A DNA stretch of 64,000 nt from Candidatus Hadarchaeota archaeon (GCA_964384105.1 CAYLJV010000001.1:416001-480000), one strand, 5' to 3'; shown: positions 39,300 to 49,602, numbered from the stretch's first letter. Translations and numbers: made by a program. Notes: generated by a model not told the origin, from the sequence alone.

Positions 39300-40667
39300 A
39301 TGGAAACTACTAAATTCATACTTGACGATGATCAGATTCCAAAGAAATGGTATAATATCCAGGCAGATATGCCGGAGTTGCCGGATCCGCCGATAAATCC
39401 CGAGACAAAGGAGCCTGTTGGCCCCGAAGATCTTGCCCCTATTTTCCCAAATGCTGTGATTGAACAGGAGATGTCCCAGGATAGATGGATAAAAATACCT
39501 GATGAGGTCAGGGAAATTTACAGTATATGGAGACCTACTCCGATGTATCGGGCTAGAAGACTGGAGAAGGCTCTTGGTACTCCTGCCAAGATTTACTATA
39601 AGTGGGAGGGTGTGAGTCCGCCAGGAAGCCACAAACCGAATACCGCGATTGCTCAAGCTTATTATAATTCTAAAGAAGGTACTGAGAGGTTATCTACCGA
39701 GACCGGTGCAGGTCAGTGGGGTAGTGCATTAGCCTTTGGTACTTCTTTCTTCGATATAGAAACGAGGGTTTACATGGTTAGGGTCAGTTACGACCAGAAG
39801 CCGTATCGTAGAGTCCTCATGAACACCTGGGGTGCGGAATGTGTGGCCTCTCCAAGCGAGTACACAGAGTATGGTAAGAAGATGCTCAAAGAGGATCCAG
39901 ATACGACCGGCAGTTTAGGTATGGCGATAGGTGAGGCGATTGAGGATGCGGCTAGTAATGAGAACACAAAATATTCTATTGGTAGCGTTTTGAATCATGT
40001 TGTTTTGCATCAGACGGTTATTGGTTTGGAGGCGAAGAAGCAGTTTGAAATGGCAGACGACTATCCTGACGTAGTGGTTGGTTGTGTTGGTGGAGGAAGT
40101 AATTTCGCGGGTGCTGCTTTCCCCTTCTTGAAAGATAAGTTGGATGGGGACCATCCTGATTTGAAGGTTCTTGCTTGTGAACCGGAAGCTTGTCCAACCT
40201 TGAGCCGTGCACCTTATGCTTACGATTTCGGCGATTCCGCGGGTCTTACACCACTCCTGAAGATGTATACACTTGGTCATACTTTTGTTCCGCCTCCCGT
40301 TCATGCAGGGGGACTTCGATATCATGGCGACTCGCCACTGGTATGCAAGTTAGTTAAAGATGGGTATATCGAACCATCTGCTCACTACCAGGAAGAGACC
40401 TTTGAAGCAGCCATTCAGTTTGCGAGAACTGAAGGATTTGTCATTGCTCCTGAAGCCGCCCATGCTGCTAGAGGTGTTATAGACGAAGCACTAGAATGCA
40501 AGAAAACCGGCGAGGAGAAGACAATACTCTTCGCTAACAGTGGCCATGGACACTTTGATCTTTCTTCCTACAAAGATTACCTTGCTGGGAAGCTGGAAGA
40601 CTATGAATATCCAGCTGAGCTGGCGAAGAAGGCGCTCGAAAAGGTTCCTGATGTTCCCGACTTTTGA
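39300..40667 (+). CDS. trpB2: TrpB2-type tryptophan synthase beta (TrpB-like PLP enzyme)
   Basis: [19 protein letters not shown] (PLP Lys), [30 protein letters not shown]. Confidence 0.95.
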   Translation: METTKFILDDDQIPKKWYNIQADMPELPDPPINPETKEPVGPEDLAPIFPNAVIEQEMSQDRWIKIPDEVREIYSIWRPTPMYRARRLEKALGTPAKIYYKWEGVSPPGSHKPNTAIAQAYYNSKEGTERLSTETGAGQWGSALAFGTSFFDIETRVYMVRVSYDQKPYRRVLMNTWGAECVASPSEYTEYGKKMLKEDPDTTGSLGMAIGEAIEDAASNENTKYSIGSVLNHVVLHQTVIGLEAKKQFEMADDYPDVVVGCVGGGSNFAGAAFPFLKDKLDGDHPDLKVLACEPEACPTLSRAPYAYDFGDSAGLTPLLKMYTLGHTFVPPPVHAGGLRYHGDSPLVCKLVKDGYIEPSAHYQEETFEAAIQFARTEGFVIAPEAAHAARGVIDEALECKKTGEEKTILFANSGHGHFDLSSYKDYLAGKLEDYEYPAELAKKALEKVPDVPDF

Positions 40668-40705
40668 GAAATAATTTCTTTTTTAGTGGGTAAGTCAAAG
40701 ATTTA

Positions 40706-40774
40706 GGCACGTCAGACCGCCCATCATTCTATTCATCGCATTAGCTCAGAAGATGTCGTGACATCATCCGTGCC
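40706..40774 (-). ncRNA. Archaeal box C/D methylation guide sRNA; D guide predicted to target 16S C1402 (E. coli numbering)
   Basis: GGCACG/CGTGCC terminal stem; C box AUGAUGU, D' CUGA, C' GCGAUGA, D CUGA; guide UGAUGGGCGGU pairs with 16S ACCGCCCGUCA. Confidence 0.85.
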
Positions 40775-40830
40775 AAGAATTACTTTTGTTGGAGGTAGTT
40801 AAAAAAGCCCGATTCAACTCGGCTTTCTGT

Positions 40831-41250
40831 TTATATGAATAGTGTGATTTGTGATTCTTTTGCTTCTTTGAGGTAGGTTCCGACTGCGCAGTAGTCGGTT
40901 ATGACTTCGTCGCGTAAGTCTTGTTTGCTTATCCCCATGATTTCCATGGTCATGTCGCAGGCGAGGATTTTTCCTCCGAGTTCGACGTAGTCTTGGAGCA
41001 TGTCTTCTAGTGATCTGACGTTGGCTTCCTTCATCTTCTTATTGATCATCCACTTTCCTAAACCCATCATGTTCTTCCTCGAGAGTGAACCTTCCTCCAG
41101 TTCACCCTTCTTCAAGCGTTCCAAACCCCAGAAGGTGAAGAACATTGAAACATCCATGTCCATGGACAACGCTCCATTACCAATAATGAAAGCACTGTAA
41201 ACCTTATCCATATCTCCACTATGCACAATCAAAGTCACTTTTTCAGACAA
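40831..41250 (-). CDS. DsrE/DsrF/DrsH-like (DsrE2) sulfurtransferase
   Basis: SGDMDK, GA..M..V.MFFTFWGL, AC.MTM..MG. Confidence 0.9.
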   Translation of the reverse strand: MSEKVTLIVHSGDMDKVYSAFIIGNGALSMDMDVSMFFTFWGLERLKKGELEEGSLSRKNMMGLGKWMINKKMKEANVRSLEDMLQDYVELGGKILACDMTMEIMGISKQDLRDEVITDYCAVGTYLKEAKESQITLFI

Positions 41251-41269
41251 ATTTAGACCTCCTTATATT

Positions 41270-41494
41270 CTATTTCACTTTTATTTTGATTATCCATTTA
41301 CTATTCTCCTCTCTAATATCCAGTAGTTCGTGATCCATCTCTTTTACGGCCATTGGGATTTCTTTTTCCGAAGCGGAATGAGTTCCTGTGATTTCTATAA
41401 TGTCTCCTTGGGAAGCGGCAATAATTGCTTTTCGAGTTTCCACTAGGGGGACTGGGCAGGTTTCCCCCACGACGTCTATTTTCTTTACAGTCAA
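41270..41494 (-). CDS. tusA: TusA family sulfur carrier protein
   Basis: ID..G..CPVP motif; 74 aa. Confidence 0.9.
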   Translation of the reverse strand: MTVKKIDVVGETCPVPLVETRKAIIAASQGDIIEITGTHSASEKEIPMAVKEMDHELLDIREENSKWIIKIKVK

Positions 41495-41572
41495 CTTTTA
41501 TTTCACCATTTTACTATTATCTCAAAACTTTTATAAACTTTACTCACAATATAGTGATTATAGGTGTGGGTA

Positions 41573-42271
41573 TTGAAAGTAGAGAGTTTAAAGCGAACGC
41601 TTAAAGGGCTTCATAGTGGTGAGGTTTCGGAAGAAGAGGCTTTGAGGGTTATTAAAGATGCTACACCTCTCGAGATTTCTAAGGCTGAACAGAGCCTTTT
41701 GGATGAGGGAATAAGTGAGTCAGAGTTAAAGGATTTCTGTAAAGTGCATTTACAAGCTGTTCAGGATCGAATAGATAAAATAAAGTCTCGATTGGGAGAT
41801 AGTCATCCAATAAAAATTCTAATTTCTGAACACGATGATATATTGGGTTTTCTTGATGTTCTGGAGGAGATTGGTGACAGAATTCCCTCTGGTCTTTCAG
41901 AAGAAGATAAAGGAAAATTAAAGAAAGTGGCCAAAAATCTCGTAGAATCAGAGAAACATCATGAACGGGAAGAGGAGGTAATTTTTCCTAGGTTGGAGGA
42001 GAGGGGGATTGACGGTCCTCCGAGGATAATGAAACAAGATCACAATGAGTTCAGACCTCGGAAAAAGAAACTTCTTGAACTTTCGAAAAATCCAGAGAAA
42101 AATAAAGAAGAGATTGTAGAGTTGATAGACTTTTTAACATACAATTTACGAGACCATATTTTCAAGGAAAACAACATTCTTTATCCGACGGCTTTGGACG
42201 AGTTAGAAGATTGGGATGTTATTGGAGAGGAGGGGGAGAGGATAGGGTTATGTTCTTTCTCCAATATTTGA
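41573..42271 (+). CDS. DUF438 / hemerythrin-like domain protein
   Basis: EIS.AEQ.L..EG, FC.VH, HP..IL..EH, H..REE..IFP.LE..G..GP, HIFKENNILYP. Confidence 0.85.
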   Translation: MKVESLKRTLKGLHSGEVSEEEALRVIKDATPLEISKAEQSLLDEGISESELKDFCKVHLQAVQDRIDKIKSRLGDSHPIKILISEHDDILGFLDVLEEIGDRIPSGLSEEDKGKLKKVAKNLVESEKHHEREEEVIFPRLEERGIDGPPRIMKQDHNEFRPRKKKLLELSKNPEKNKEEIVELIDFLTYNLRDHIFKENNILYPTALDELEDWDVIGEEGERIGLCSFSNI

Positions 42272-42326
42272 AAGGAATCCCAAGCTTTGGATCTCTGATC
42301 CCTGATAAATTGGGGGTGATTTGAGA

Positions 42327-42617
42327 GTGGTGAGTAAAGAAAAGGTTTGGAAAAAATTGGAAAAAGTTCAGGACCCGGAATTCGGAACTCCTGTAACTAA
42401 GATGGGTTTGATAGATGAAGCGGAAGTAGATGATGCTAAAGTATCCGTGAAATTCCATTTAGCAGCGCCAATGTGCCCTCCGCCTTTTGTTATGAATATG
42501 GGTAAGCAGATCAAAGAGTACATTTCAGAAATAGATGGTGTGGAGGAGGTTGAGGTTATAGTCCAGGAACATTTCCAAGCCGATGATTTGAATCGACGTC
42601 TCAAAGAGGTGGAATAA
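42327..42617 (+). CDS. DUF59 (SufT/PaaD-like) Fe-S cluster assembly factor
   Basis: L..V.DPE....V..MGLI and P.CP motifs. Confidence 0.85.
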   Translation: MVSKEKVWKKLEKVQDPEFGTPVTKMGLIDEAEVDDAKVSVKFHLAAPMCPPPFVMNMGKQIKEYISEIDGVEEVEVIVQEHFQADDLNRRLKEVE

Positions 42618-42619
42618 CT

Positions 42620-43171
42620 ATGGAGTTCACTGAAGATCAGAAAAAGGAGCACAGAGTTATTGAAGAAGCTTTAGATATTCTGGAAGAGATTAACAAGAAA
42701 TTTGAAAATGATGAGGAAGTTAAGTCCGATATTTTGGGGGATCTGATCGATTTTTTCAGAATTTTCGCTGATAAATGCCATCATGGCAAAGAACAAGACT
42801 TGCTTTTTCCTGCATTAGAAATGACGGGGATGTCAAGGGTTAACAGCCCGATAGGTATTCTCCTTAGAGAACATGAAATTTCTAGGAGCTATATACAGAA
42901 CATTGATCGAGCTCTGCAGGATTACGAGATTGGTGACATTACTGCAAAGAAGGATATTCTCCAGAACTCTCGTGTATATATAGAACTCCTGAATCAGCAT
43001 ATAGAAAAAGAGGACAGTCTCCTTTACCCTATGGCGGAGGAAAAAATCTCAGATGATCGTAAAATTGACCTTTTGAATGCATACGAGAATTTTGAAAAAG
43101 AGGTTATCAGAGAGGGGGTTCACGAAAAATACCATGATATGATTGAACGACTGAAGAATGGAGGACTCTGA
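42620..43171 (+). CDS. Hemerythrin (HHE) domain protein
   Basis: EH..I, FADKCHHGKE..LLFP, EH...R, HI.KE...LYP. Confidence 0.9.
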   Translation: MEFTEDQKKEHRVIEEALDILEEINKKFENDEEVKSDILGDLIDFFRIFADKCHHGKEQDLLFPALEMTGMSRVNSPIGILLREHEISRSYIQNIDRALQDYEIGDITAKKDILQNSRVYIELLNQHIEKEDSLLYPMAEEKISDDRKIDLLNAYENFEKEVIREGVHEKYHDMIERLKNGGL

Positions 43172-43186
43172 TTTAGGGGGATTAAT

Positions 43187-44206
43187 TTGAGGGTTGGAAG
43201 GGACTTAAGGTTTCTGTTTAATGCTTTAAAGATGCGGTTCTTCACCAAGAGGCCGATATTTCTTAGTCATATGATTACCTCCCGGTGTGATTGTGAGTGT
43301 GAGACATGTCATTATTGGTCTCTTGGGAGTAGGGAGGAGATGTCCACGGAGGAGATTCAGCGGATGCTCAGCGATGCTTACTCGTATGGTATGACTGATT
43401 ATGTTGTGTGGGGAGGGGAACCTTTATTGCGAGAGGATTTACCAAGGATTCTTTCTTTTTCAGATTCAATTGGTCTGGATACTACAGTTATTACAAATGG
43501 GAGTAAGCTTACTGAAAAGATAGATAGTATCGGCGAATATCTCTACGGTTTGATTGTTTCTATTGATCATCCGGATCCTACTGTTCATGATAGTATTCGG
43601 AAGAAGAAGGGGATATACCATAAAGCTATCCAGGGGATAAAGGATGCGAAAAAATACTCCGATTTGGACATATTCATAAACTGTGTGATAAGCAGGAGGA
43701 ATTTTCACCAGCTAAGGGAGATTACTGAGCTAGCTAGTGAGCTTGATGTGAAAATTTCCTTTGAAATGATGGAGCTCATCGAAGGTTATAATGAAGGTCT
43801 ATCTTTGAGTCGAGAGGAGGTTTCAGAGGCTTGTAGAGAGCTAATTGATTTAAAACGAGAGGGTTATCCCATTGTTAATTCTGAAGCTTATTTTGAATCG
43901 GTGGCAGATGAGGAGGAATATTCTTGTCATGTTCCCAAAATCCTTGTTACTGTAGAATGGGATGGCGAGGTTAGACTTTGTTCCACAATTTCCGAAGATG
44001 TGAGGCCTGATTTAGAGGTAGGGAGTCTAGGGAATTTAAGAGAGGATAGTTTTAGGGAGATATTCGAGTCCGAAAACTATGAGAAATACGTTGATGCTGC
44101 GGAGAAATGTTGGAAGTGTGATCTTTCTTATCCCAGAGAATCCGCTCATTTGTATTCACTGGATAAGAAGGCTCTGAAAAATTTCTTTGGAAGAATAATG
44201 GGATAA
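43187..44206 (+). CDS. Radical SAM protein with C-terminal SPASM/twitch-like cysteines
   Basis: CxxxCxxC (CDCECETC), GGEPLLR, TNG, VSID; C...DG.V..C...C..C. Confidence 0.88.
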   Translation: MRVGRDLRFLFNALKMRFFTKRPIFLSHMITSRCDCECETCHYWSLGSREEMSTEEIQRMLSDAYSYGMTDYVVWGGEPLLREDLPRILSFSDSIGLDTTVITNGSKLTEKIDSIGEYLYGLIVSIDHPDPTVHDSIRKKKGIYHKAIQGIKDAKKYSDLDIFINCVISRRNFHQLREITELASELDVKISFEMMELIEGYNEGLSLSREEVSEACRELIDLKREGYPIVNSEAYFESVADEEEYSCHVPKILVTVEWDGEVRLCSTISEDVRPDLEVGSLGNLREDSFREIFESENYEKYVDAAEKCWKCDLSYPRESAHLYSLDKKALKNFFGRIMG

Positions 44207-44250
44207 AAAAATAAATAAAAAAGAATTGGAAAATAACTTTCAAGAAAAAT

Positions 44251-46128
44251 TCACAAACCAAGTCTCTTTCTCTTGTCTTCTATGTGTGCCTCTATGTCAT
44301 CAACAGCTTCCACAGGATCATCCCCAACGGCTAGTTTTCCGCCTGTTATTCCCTCCAGGTCTTCTGTGAGGAGTTTTACGACGTTTTCACTCCCGGTTAC
44401 TGGCGGTGTTGGAGAGACGTGAGCATATAGTCCATAAGCTACTGCAGCGATTGCATCGATAGTAGCCTTTTGCTCCATGTATTCTGGGGCAGTTACTGCT
44501 ACGGGCAGATCAGTTGGATCAACTCCTAGCTCTTTAGCTACCGTACTCACTAAATTTATCAATCTGCCAGTGTCTGTGCAAGTTCCGAAGCCCAAAACGG
44601 GTGGTATGTCTAAAGCTTCACATACAGTCTCCAGACCTTCGCCTGCTTTTGCTTTTGCTTCTAGACTCGTGAGACCTCCGACTTGCAGGCCTGCGTTTCC
44701 ACATCCTGCGCTTAGGACAAGTATGTCCCTCTTTATCAGTTCCTCGGCAACGGCGATCGTTGTCTCGTCCTGTGGCCCATTTTTCAGAGTGGTGCAGCTT
44801 ACGAGCGCCACGATACCCCTTATATTTCCTTCTTTAATCTGATCTATGAGAGGATCTAAAGAGCCACCTAATGCTTCGAGGACTGATTCTGTTGAGAACC
44901 CAGTTGTTATTTCCTTCTTGTAGTCGGGAACGTTGGTTGGTTTTCCCTTTCTCCCTTTGAAGTTTTCTATTGCTTTATCGATTATTTTCAGTGCTTGTTC
45001 TTCTGCTTTTTCTGGCTTATAGTTGATCTCGTGTTCGACGTTAGGTATGTTTACTAGTTTCGTTACCGGAATTATGGTAGAATTGAATCTCTCTGCATAC
45101 TCACCGGCTGTGGGGACGGTACAGTTCATATCGGCAACGAAAGCATCTACGGCTCCGGTAGCCAGAACGTATTCCTCGTTTAACCAGTTTCCTGTAAGGC
45201 CCACAAAGGTGTCATCACATTCAAATCTTTGAAGCAGTTCTTGTCCTGTCTCTATTGATCCTACTATATGAACTCCTTTTGCTCCTGCCTTCTTTGCTTT
45301 TTCTTGTACCTCGTCTCTTCTGGCAACCTGAATAAGCGCGGCACCTATGAATGGCTCGTGTCCATTTGGTAATATATTCACGTATTCGGGATCAAGAACA
45401 CCCATGTCAACTTCTGCTTTGTGAGGCTTTGCTGTTCCAAAGAGAATATCCTGTACTTCTTCAAGTAAAGTTAAAGAACCATAAGCGGTGGCTAGTCCCA
45501 TTCGAAGAGTTTTTAGTCCCATGCTTTCGTAATCGCTGTCCACGTTTGTCATAACACTGGTTTTTACGTCCATCATTTCATGTAGTGGTCCACCTGGGAG
45601 AATACCCAGTTCCCTCCAGACCTTTTTTCTAGACTCAGGTGCTAGGGCTTGCAACACTTCAGATGGTTCTTCGCTGTCTCTATTGATCTCTTCCATCATG
45701 AAATCTGCTAGGTCTATGGCTAATTCGGCGGTTTCTTTTTCTGTATCTAGGTCCAGCTTTTCTCCGATAGTTCTAAGTTTTTCTTCGTCTTTAATCTCAA
45801 ATATTGTGTCGCCTTTAGCGGTGGCTTTCAAAGTTTTTGCAGCTGTTTTGGCGTGGTAAGTGTATGCAGCGGTTCCCAAACTATTTACTCGCAGTAGATT
45901 TCTCATTACTAATCCATCTATGTTTATGCCACAGACTCCTCTGTCTGTTATACCCGGAACTATTTTACAGGGTCCTTGGCTACAGATCGTGCATTTCACC
46001 CCTTTTTCACAGTAGGGACACCTTACTTTTTCCATCTCTTTGAACCTTTTGTGAACATTTGAGAGACCTTCCTCCGAGACCTTTTCGAACATTTCTGAAA
46101 CGGATTTGTGTGCACTAACTTCGTCCAT
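44251..46128 (-). CDS. cooS: CooS-family (anaerobic CODH catalytic subunit) protein with non-canonical C-cluster ligands (CooS-V/clade D-like)
   Basis: CPYC..GVKCTICSQGPC..VCG; NGHEP, GSIETGQE, DMNCT, VSCTT, AGCG, GTCTD, EQKA. Confidence 0.9.
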   Translation of the reverse strand: MDEVSAHKSVSEMFEKVSEEGLSNVHKRFKEMEKVRCPYCEKGVKCTICSQGPCKIVPGITDRGVCGINIDGLVMRNLLRVNSLGTAAYTYHAKTAAKTLKATAKGDTIFEIKDEEKLRTIGEKLDLDTEKETAELAIDLADFMMEEINRDSEEPSEVLQALAPESRKKVWRELGILPGGPLHEMMDVKTSVMTNVDSDYESMGLKTLRMGLATAYGSLTLLEEVQDILFGTAKPHKAEVDMGVLDPEYVNILPNGHEPFIGAALIQVARRDEVQEKAKKAGAKGVHIVGSIETGQELLQRFECDDTFVGLTGNWLNEEYVLATGAVDAFVADMNCTVPTAGEYAERFNSTIIPVTKLVNIPNVEHEINYKPEKAEEQALKIIDKAIENFKGRKGKPTNVPDYKKEITTGFSTESVLEALGGSLDPLIDQIKEGNIRGIVALVSCTTLKNGPQDETTIAVAEELIKRDILVLSAGCGNAGLQVGGLTSLEAKAKAGEGLETVCEALDIPPVLGFGTCTDTGRLINLVSTVAKELGVDPTDLPVAVTAPEYMEQKATIDAIAAVAYGLYAHVSPTPPVTGSENVVKLLTEDLEGITGGKLAVGDDPVEAVDDIEAHIEDKRKRLGL

Positions 46129-46216
46129 TTTTTCACCTCCTATTCGTACCTTTTACTCTTTATAATCACCATATAGTTTTTTATATCCTTTTGAATAATC
46201 CTTGAATAAGGGTAAT

Positions 46217-46864
46217 ATGATGAAAAGGCAAGAAGGGATACCACTTAGCGAGACTAGGTCCTCAATATTGAGGCATTTGTTAGGCGAAGACTTGAGTGCG
46301 ATAAACTTAGAGGAAAAAATTGGGATTAATGAAAGTGCTATAAGAAGACATTTAGACGTACTTGAGCAAAAAGGATATGTAACCCACTATTTTGAAAAAG
46401 CCGAGCGTGGACGTCCAAAAAAGATGTATGAGATAACACTTACTGGAAGGCGGGTTTTTCCACAAAAAACTCATATTTTATTTGCATTCCTTGCTAAGGA
46501 AGTCAAAGAAAAATATGGAGAGACTGGGCTCGAAGACTTATTGTCGGAAGTTGCATCTGATTTTTCAGATCTTCTTGTTTCGGAAAAAGATGAAATTTCC
46601 ACAGATGAGCGATTAGAAAGACTAGTTGAATCCTTAGATGAATTCGGTTTTTATCCGTCGTTGAAGCGGAAGAATGGTGAGTATTACATAGAGTACCGTA
46701 ATTGTGTTTTTGGGAGCGTTGTTAACGAATTTGATGTACCCCTTTGCAAAATGCATAGAAAGATAATTAAGAATGCTCTGTCGGATTCACGGGTGAATCA
46801 GCAAAAGAGCATTTTGAAAGGAGACAACTTTTGCACTCATAGAGTCAGTTTTGAAAATGGTTGA
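46217..46864 (+). CDS. ArsR/SufR-like HTH regulator with Cys-containing C-terminal domain, divergent from cooS
   Basis: AIRRHL..L...G.V, RGRP...Y..T..G..FP; NC.F, LC..H, C.H. Confidence 0.85.
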   Translation: MMKRQEGIPLSETRSSILRHLLGEDLSAINLEEKIGINESAIRRHLDVLEQKGYVTHYFEKAERGRPKKMYEITLTGRRVFPQKTHILFAFLAKEVKEKYGETGLEDLLSEVASDFSDLLVSEKDEISTDERLERLVESLDEFGFYPSLKRKNGEYYIEYRNCVFGSVVNEFDVPLCKMHRKIIKNALSDSRVNQQKSILKGDNFCTHRVSFENG

Positions 46865-46927
46865 AGACGCAATTGTTTGACTGTATCCGATAATAGTGTC
46901 TGCTTTTACGTTTTACATCCTTGGAAT

Positions 46928-48124
46928 TTATCCGAACATCACTTCGGTTTTAGTACATTCTTCTGTTGAAAGGACTTTCGAGATGGCTTTTTCGAAGTCT
47001 GCGTTAGTTACTTTATCTCTGTCATTTCTGATGGCTTCCATACCTGCCTCGGTACAGATCGCTTTTATTTCGGCCCCTGTGGCATCCTTAGTTCTTGCTG
47101 CAAGAAAGTCTATGTTTATTTCCTCTCCTAAGGCCATGTTTCTGGTGTGTATCTTAAGTATCGATTTTCGTGCTCCTTCGCCGGGGATCGGGAATTCAAT
47201 CAGTCTATCAAATCGGCCGGGTCTTAATAGTGCTCGGTCCAGCATATCTGGTCTGTTTGTGGCGGCTAGTATTTTCACGTCTCCTCTAGGATCAAAGCCG
47301 TCTAGTTCGCCAAGGAACTGCATCATTGTTCTTTGAACTTCTCGGTCACCACTTGTCGAGTTACTTTCTCTTTTTGATGCTATCGCGTCTATTTCATCTA
47401 TAAATACTATGCTTGGAGCCTTTTCGCGAGCGAGATCGAACAACTCTCGTACCATCCGGCTTCCTTCACCTATATATTTCTGAACGAGTTCAGACCCTAT
47501 CAGTTTGATAAATGTTGAATTTGTTTCGTGAGCTACGGCTCTTGCCAATAATGTTTTCCCTGTTCCGGGTGGTCCGTGTAGGAGGACGCCTGAAGGTGGA
47601 TCTACTCCTATTTCCTTGAATTTTTCTTTTTTTGTCAAAGGAAGTTCTACAGTTTCTCTTATTTCCATGATTTGCTCTTCGAGTCCACCAACGTCATTGT
47701 AAGTTACGTTTGGAGATTCTTCTATTTCCATTCCTTTTACTAATGGGTCCTTTTCGGATGGTAGTACCTCCATCACGTTTAGGGTTCTTTGATTAAGCCC
47801 TACACGAGTTCCTGTTTTGATTTCATTATTGTCTATAAATTTCGAAACTTCGACTAGAAATTTCGGTCCGGAACTACTTTGAACAACAGCTTTCTTTTCT
47901 GGGAATACATCTAGAATCGTAGCGGTTATTAGAGGGGGTGATTTCAACTTGTCGAATTCTGCCCTCAAATCTTTTAATTCCCTTTCTAATCTACTCTTTT
48001 CTGATTCTATTGCTCCTCTTTCATTCTCTAATCCGCGTATTCTCTCTTCAAGTTGCTTTACGTAGTTTGCGAGATAAGAATCCTCGTGTTCCTTGATTTT
48101 GTCTGAGTCATAATATTCGCTCAA
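46928..48124 (-). CDS. pan: Proteasome-activating nucleotidase
   Basis: N-terminal coiled coil, PPL, GPPGTGKT, DEIDA, RPGRFDR, C-terminal MFG. Confidence 0.96.
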   Translation of the reverse strand: MSEYYDSDKIKEHEDSYLANYVKQLEERIRGLENERGAIESEKSRLERELKDLRAEFDKLKSPPLITATILDVFPEKKAVVQSSSGPKFLVEVSKFIDNNEIKTGTRVGLNQRTLNVMEVLPSEKDPLVKGMEIEESPNVTYNDVGGLEEQIMEIRETVELPLTKKEKFKEIGVDPPSGVLLHGPPGTGKTLLARAVAHETNSTFIKLIGSELVQKYIGEGSRMVRELFDLAREKAPSIVFIDEIDAIASKRESNSTSGDREVQRTMMQFLGELDGFDPRGDVKILAATNRPDMLDRALLRPGRFDRLIEFPIPGEGARKSILKIHTRNMALGEEINIDFLAARTKDATGAEIKAICTEAGMEAIRNDRDKVTNADFEKAISKVLSTEECTKTEVMFG

Positions 48125-48345
48125 TTAATTCCCCAAGTCTAGGATTACTTTTCTACTCTATAAAAATTTTCAATCGTAATCTCAAATTCGATAAATATTC
48201 CAAAATCGAGTGGATAAACGAACGGAGAACTTTTACTACTATTAGAAATTATGGGTCTAACAAGGATCTGTCAAATGTTTTTTTAGCCTAAATGGAACAC
48301 AGTAGATTTGTAAGTAAAATTGTAGTTTTCATTGAAAGGGTTATC

Positions 48346-49602
48346 ATGAGAGTAATTTTAGTAGAAAGGCGTGAACCTCGGGAATCCTCTCGTCTTGATG
48401 AGCTGGCTGCGCTGGCTGAAACTCTTGATTACGAAGTGGTGGGGAGAATGGATCAGACCCGTAAGCCTGATCCGGCCTACTATATAGGGAGGGGTAAAGT
48501 AGAGGAACTTGCGAATGAGATTGAGTCTAAAGATGTTGAGAAGGTAATATTTGCTAATGAGCTTAAACCTTCTCAGGTTTTTAAACTCGAGGAGAAGGTC
48601 GGAGTCGAGGTTATTGACCGATTTCAGTTGATTTTGGAGATTTTTGCGATGAGGGCTGGGTCACCTGAAGCAAAACTTCAAGTGGAATATGCTAAGCTGA
48701 AATATGAGCTTCCTAGAGTGAAAGAAAGGGTTAAAAGAGCTAAACTTGGTGAATTTCCTGGATTGAGAGGTGGTGGAGAGTATGGTGAGCGAGCCAGAGT
48801 AGAAGCTGTCAAGAACCGAATGAAATCTCTAGAGGAAAAACTCGAGTCGTTTGAGAAAGCTAGAGAACAGAGACAGAAGAGAAGAAGGGAGAGAGGATTT
48901 AACCTTGTGGCACTAGCTGGTTACACTAATGCAGGAAAAAGCACTCTTTTAAATAGCCTTTCTTCTGCTGATGTTGAAGTGGACGATAGACTTTTTACAA
49001 CTCTTTCTCCCCGGACTCGGGAACTCGAGGGAAGCTCTCGTAAAATTCTGATTACGGATACAGTAGGTTTCATAGATGATTTGCCCCCTTGGTTGATAGA
49101 AGCGTTCAAGGCCGCGTTAGAAGAGGTTTATCTTGCCGATCTGGTCCTATTGGTTGTGGATGTTTCAGAATCTTTTACGAATATTCTACGCAAAATAAAG
49201 ACTTCGAGGGATATCCTTTCAGAGTCTTCTGCTCAGATGATAACAGTTCTGAATAAGATCGATAAGGTCTCAAAGGATTCTTTTCAAAGAAAGCTAAATG
49301 CTTTGAAGGAAATCTGTTCTGATATTGTTCCGGTCTCGGCGAAAGAGGAAATAAATCTTGATCAACTCAAGGAACGCATTCGTTCGATTTTACTAAAACA
49401 AATCCAAGCTCGCTTGACGACTCATCGTAGTGAGGGAGTTGAAAAGTTATTACATAAATTGTATGAAGAGACAGAAGTAATGGATGTAAAATACGAAAAT
49501 CCAACTCAGGTGACATTTTGGACCGATAAAGAATCAATTGGTAGGCTTAGTAAGTTCTTAGATAGTGAAGCTGAGATAGAGATTATAGGTGAAGCAGCAT
49601 GA
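48346..49602 (+). CDS. hflX: GTPase HflX
   Basis: IG.GK..E, LILEIF..RA, EAKLQVE.A, GYTNAGKST, DTVGFI, NKID. Confidence 0.96.
   Translation: MRVILVERREPRESSRLDELAALAETLDYEVVGRMDQTRKPDPAYYIGRGKVEELANEIESKDVEKVIFANELKPSQVFKLEEKVGVEVIDRFQLILEIFAMRAGSPEAKLQVEYAKLKYELPRVKERVKRAKLGEFPGLRGGGEYGERARVEAVKNRMKSLEEKLESFEKAREQRQKRRRERGFNLVALAGYTNAGKSTLLNSLSSADVEVDDRLFTTLSPRTRELEGSSRKILITDTVGFIDDLPPWLIEAFKAALEEVYLADLVLLVVDVSESFTNILRKIKTSRDILSESSAQMITVLNKIDKVSKDSFQRKLNALKEICSDIVPVSAKEEINLDQLKERIRSILLKQIQARLTTHRSEGVEKLLHKLYEETEVMDVKYENPTQVTFWTDKESIGRLSKFLDSEAEIEIIGEAA

Noticed and set aside
44251-46128. Carboxydotrophy or Wood-Ljungdahl pathway inferred from cooS
   Set aside because: Key ligand and catalytic substitutions, and no cooC, cooF or acs genes nearby
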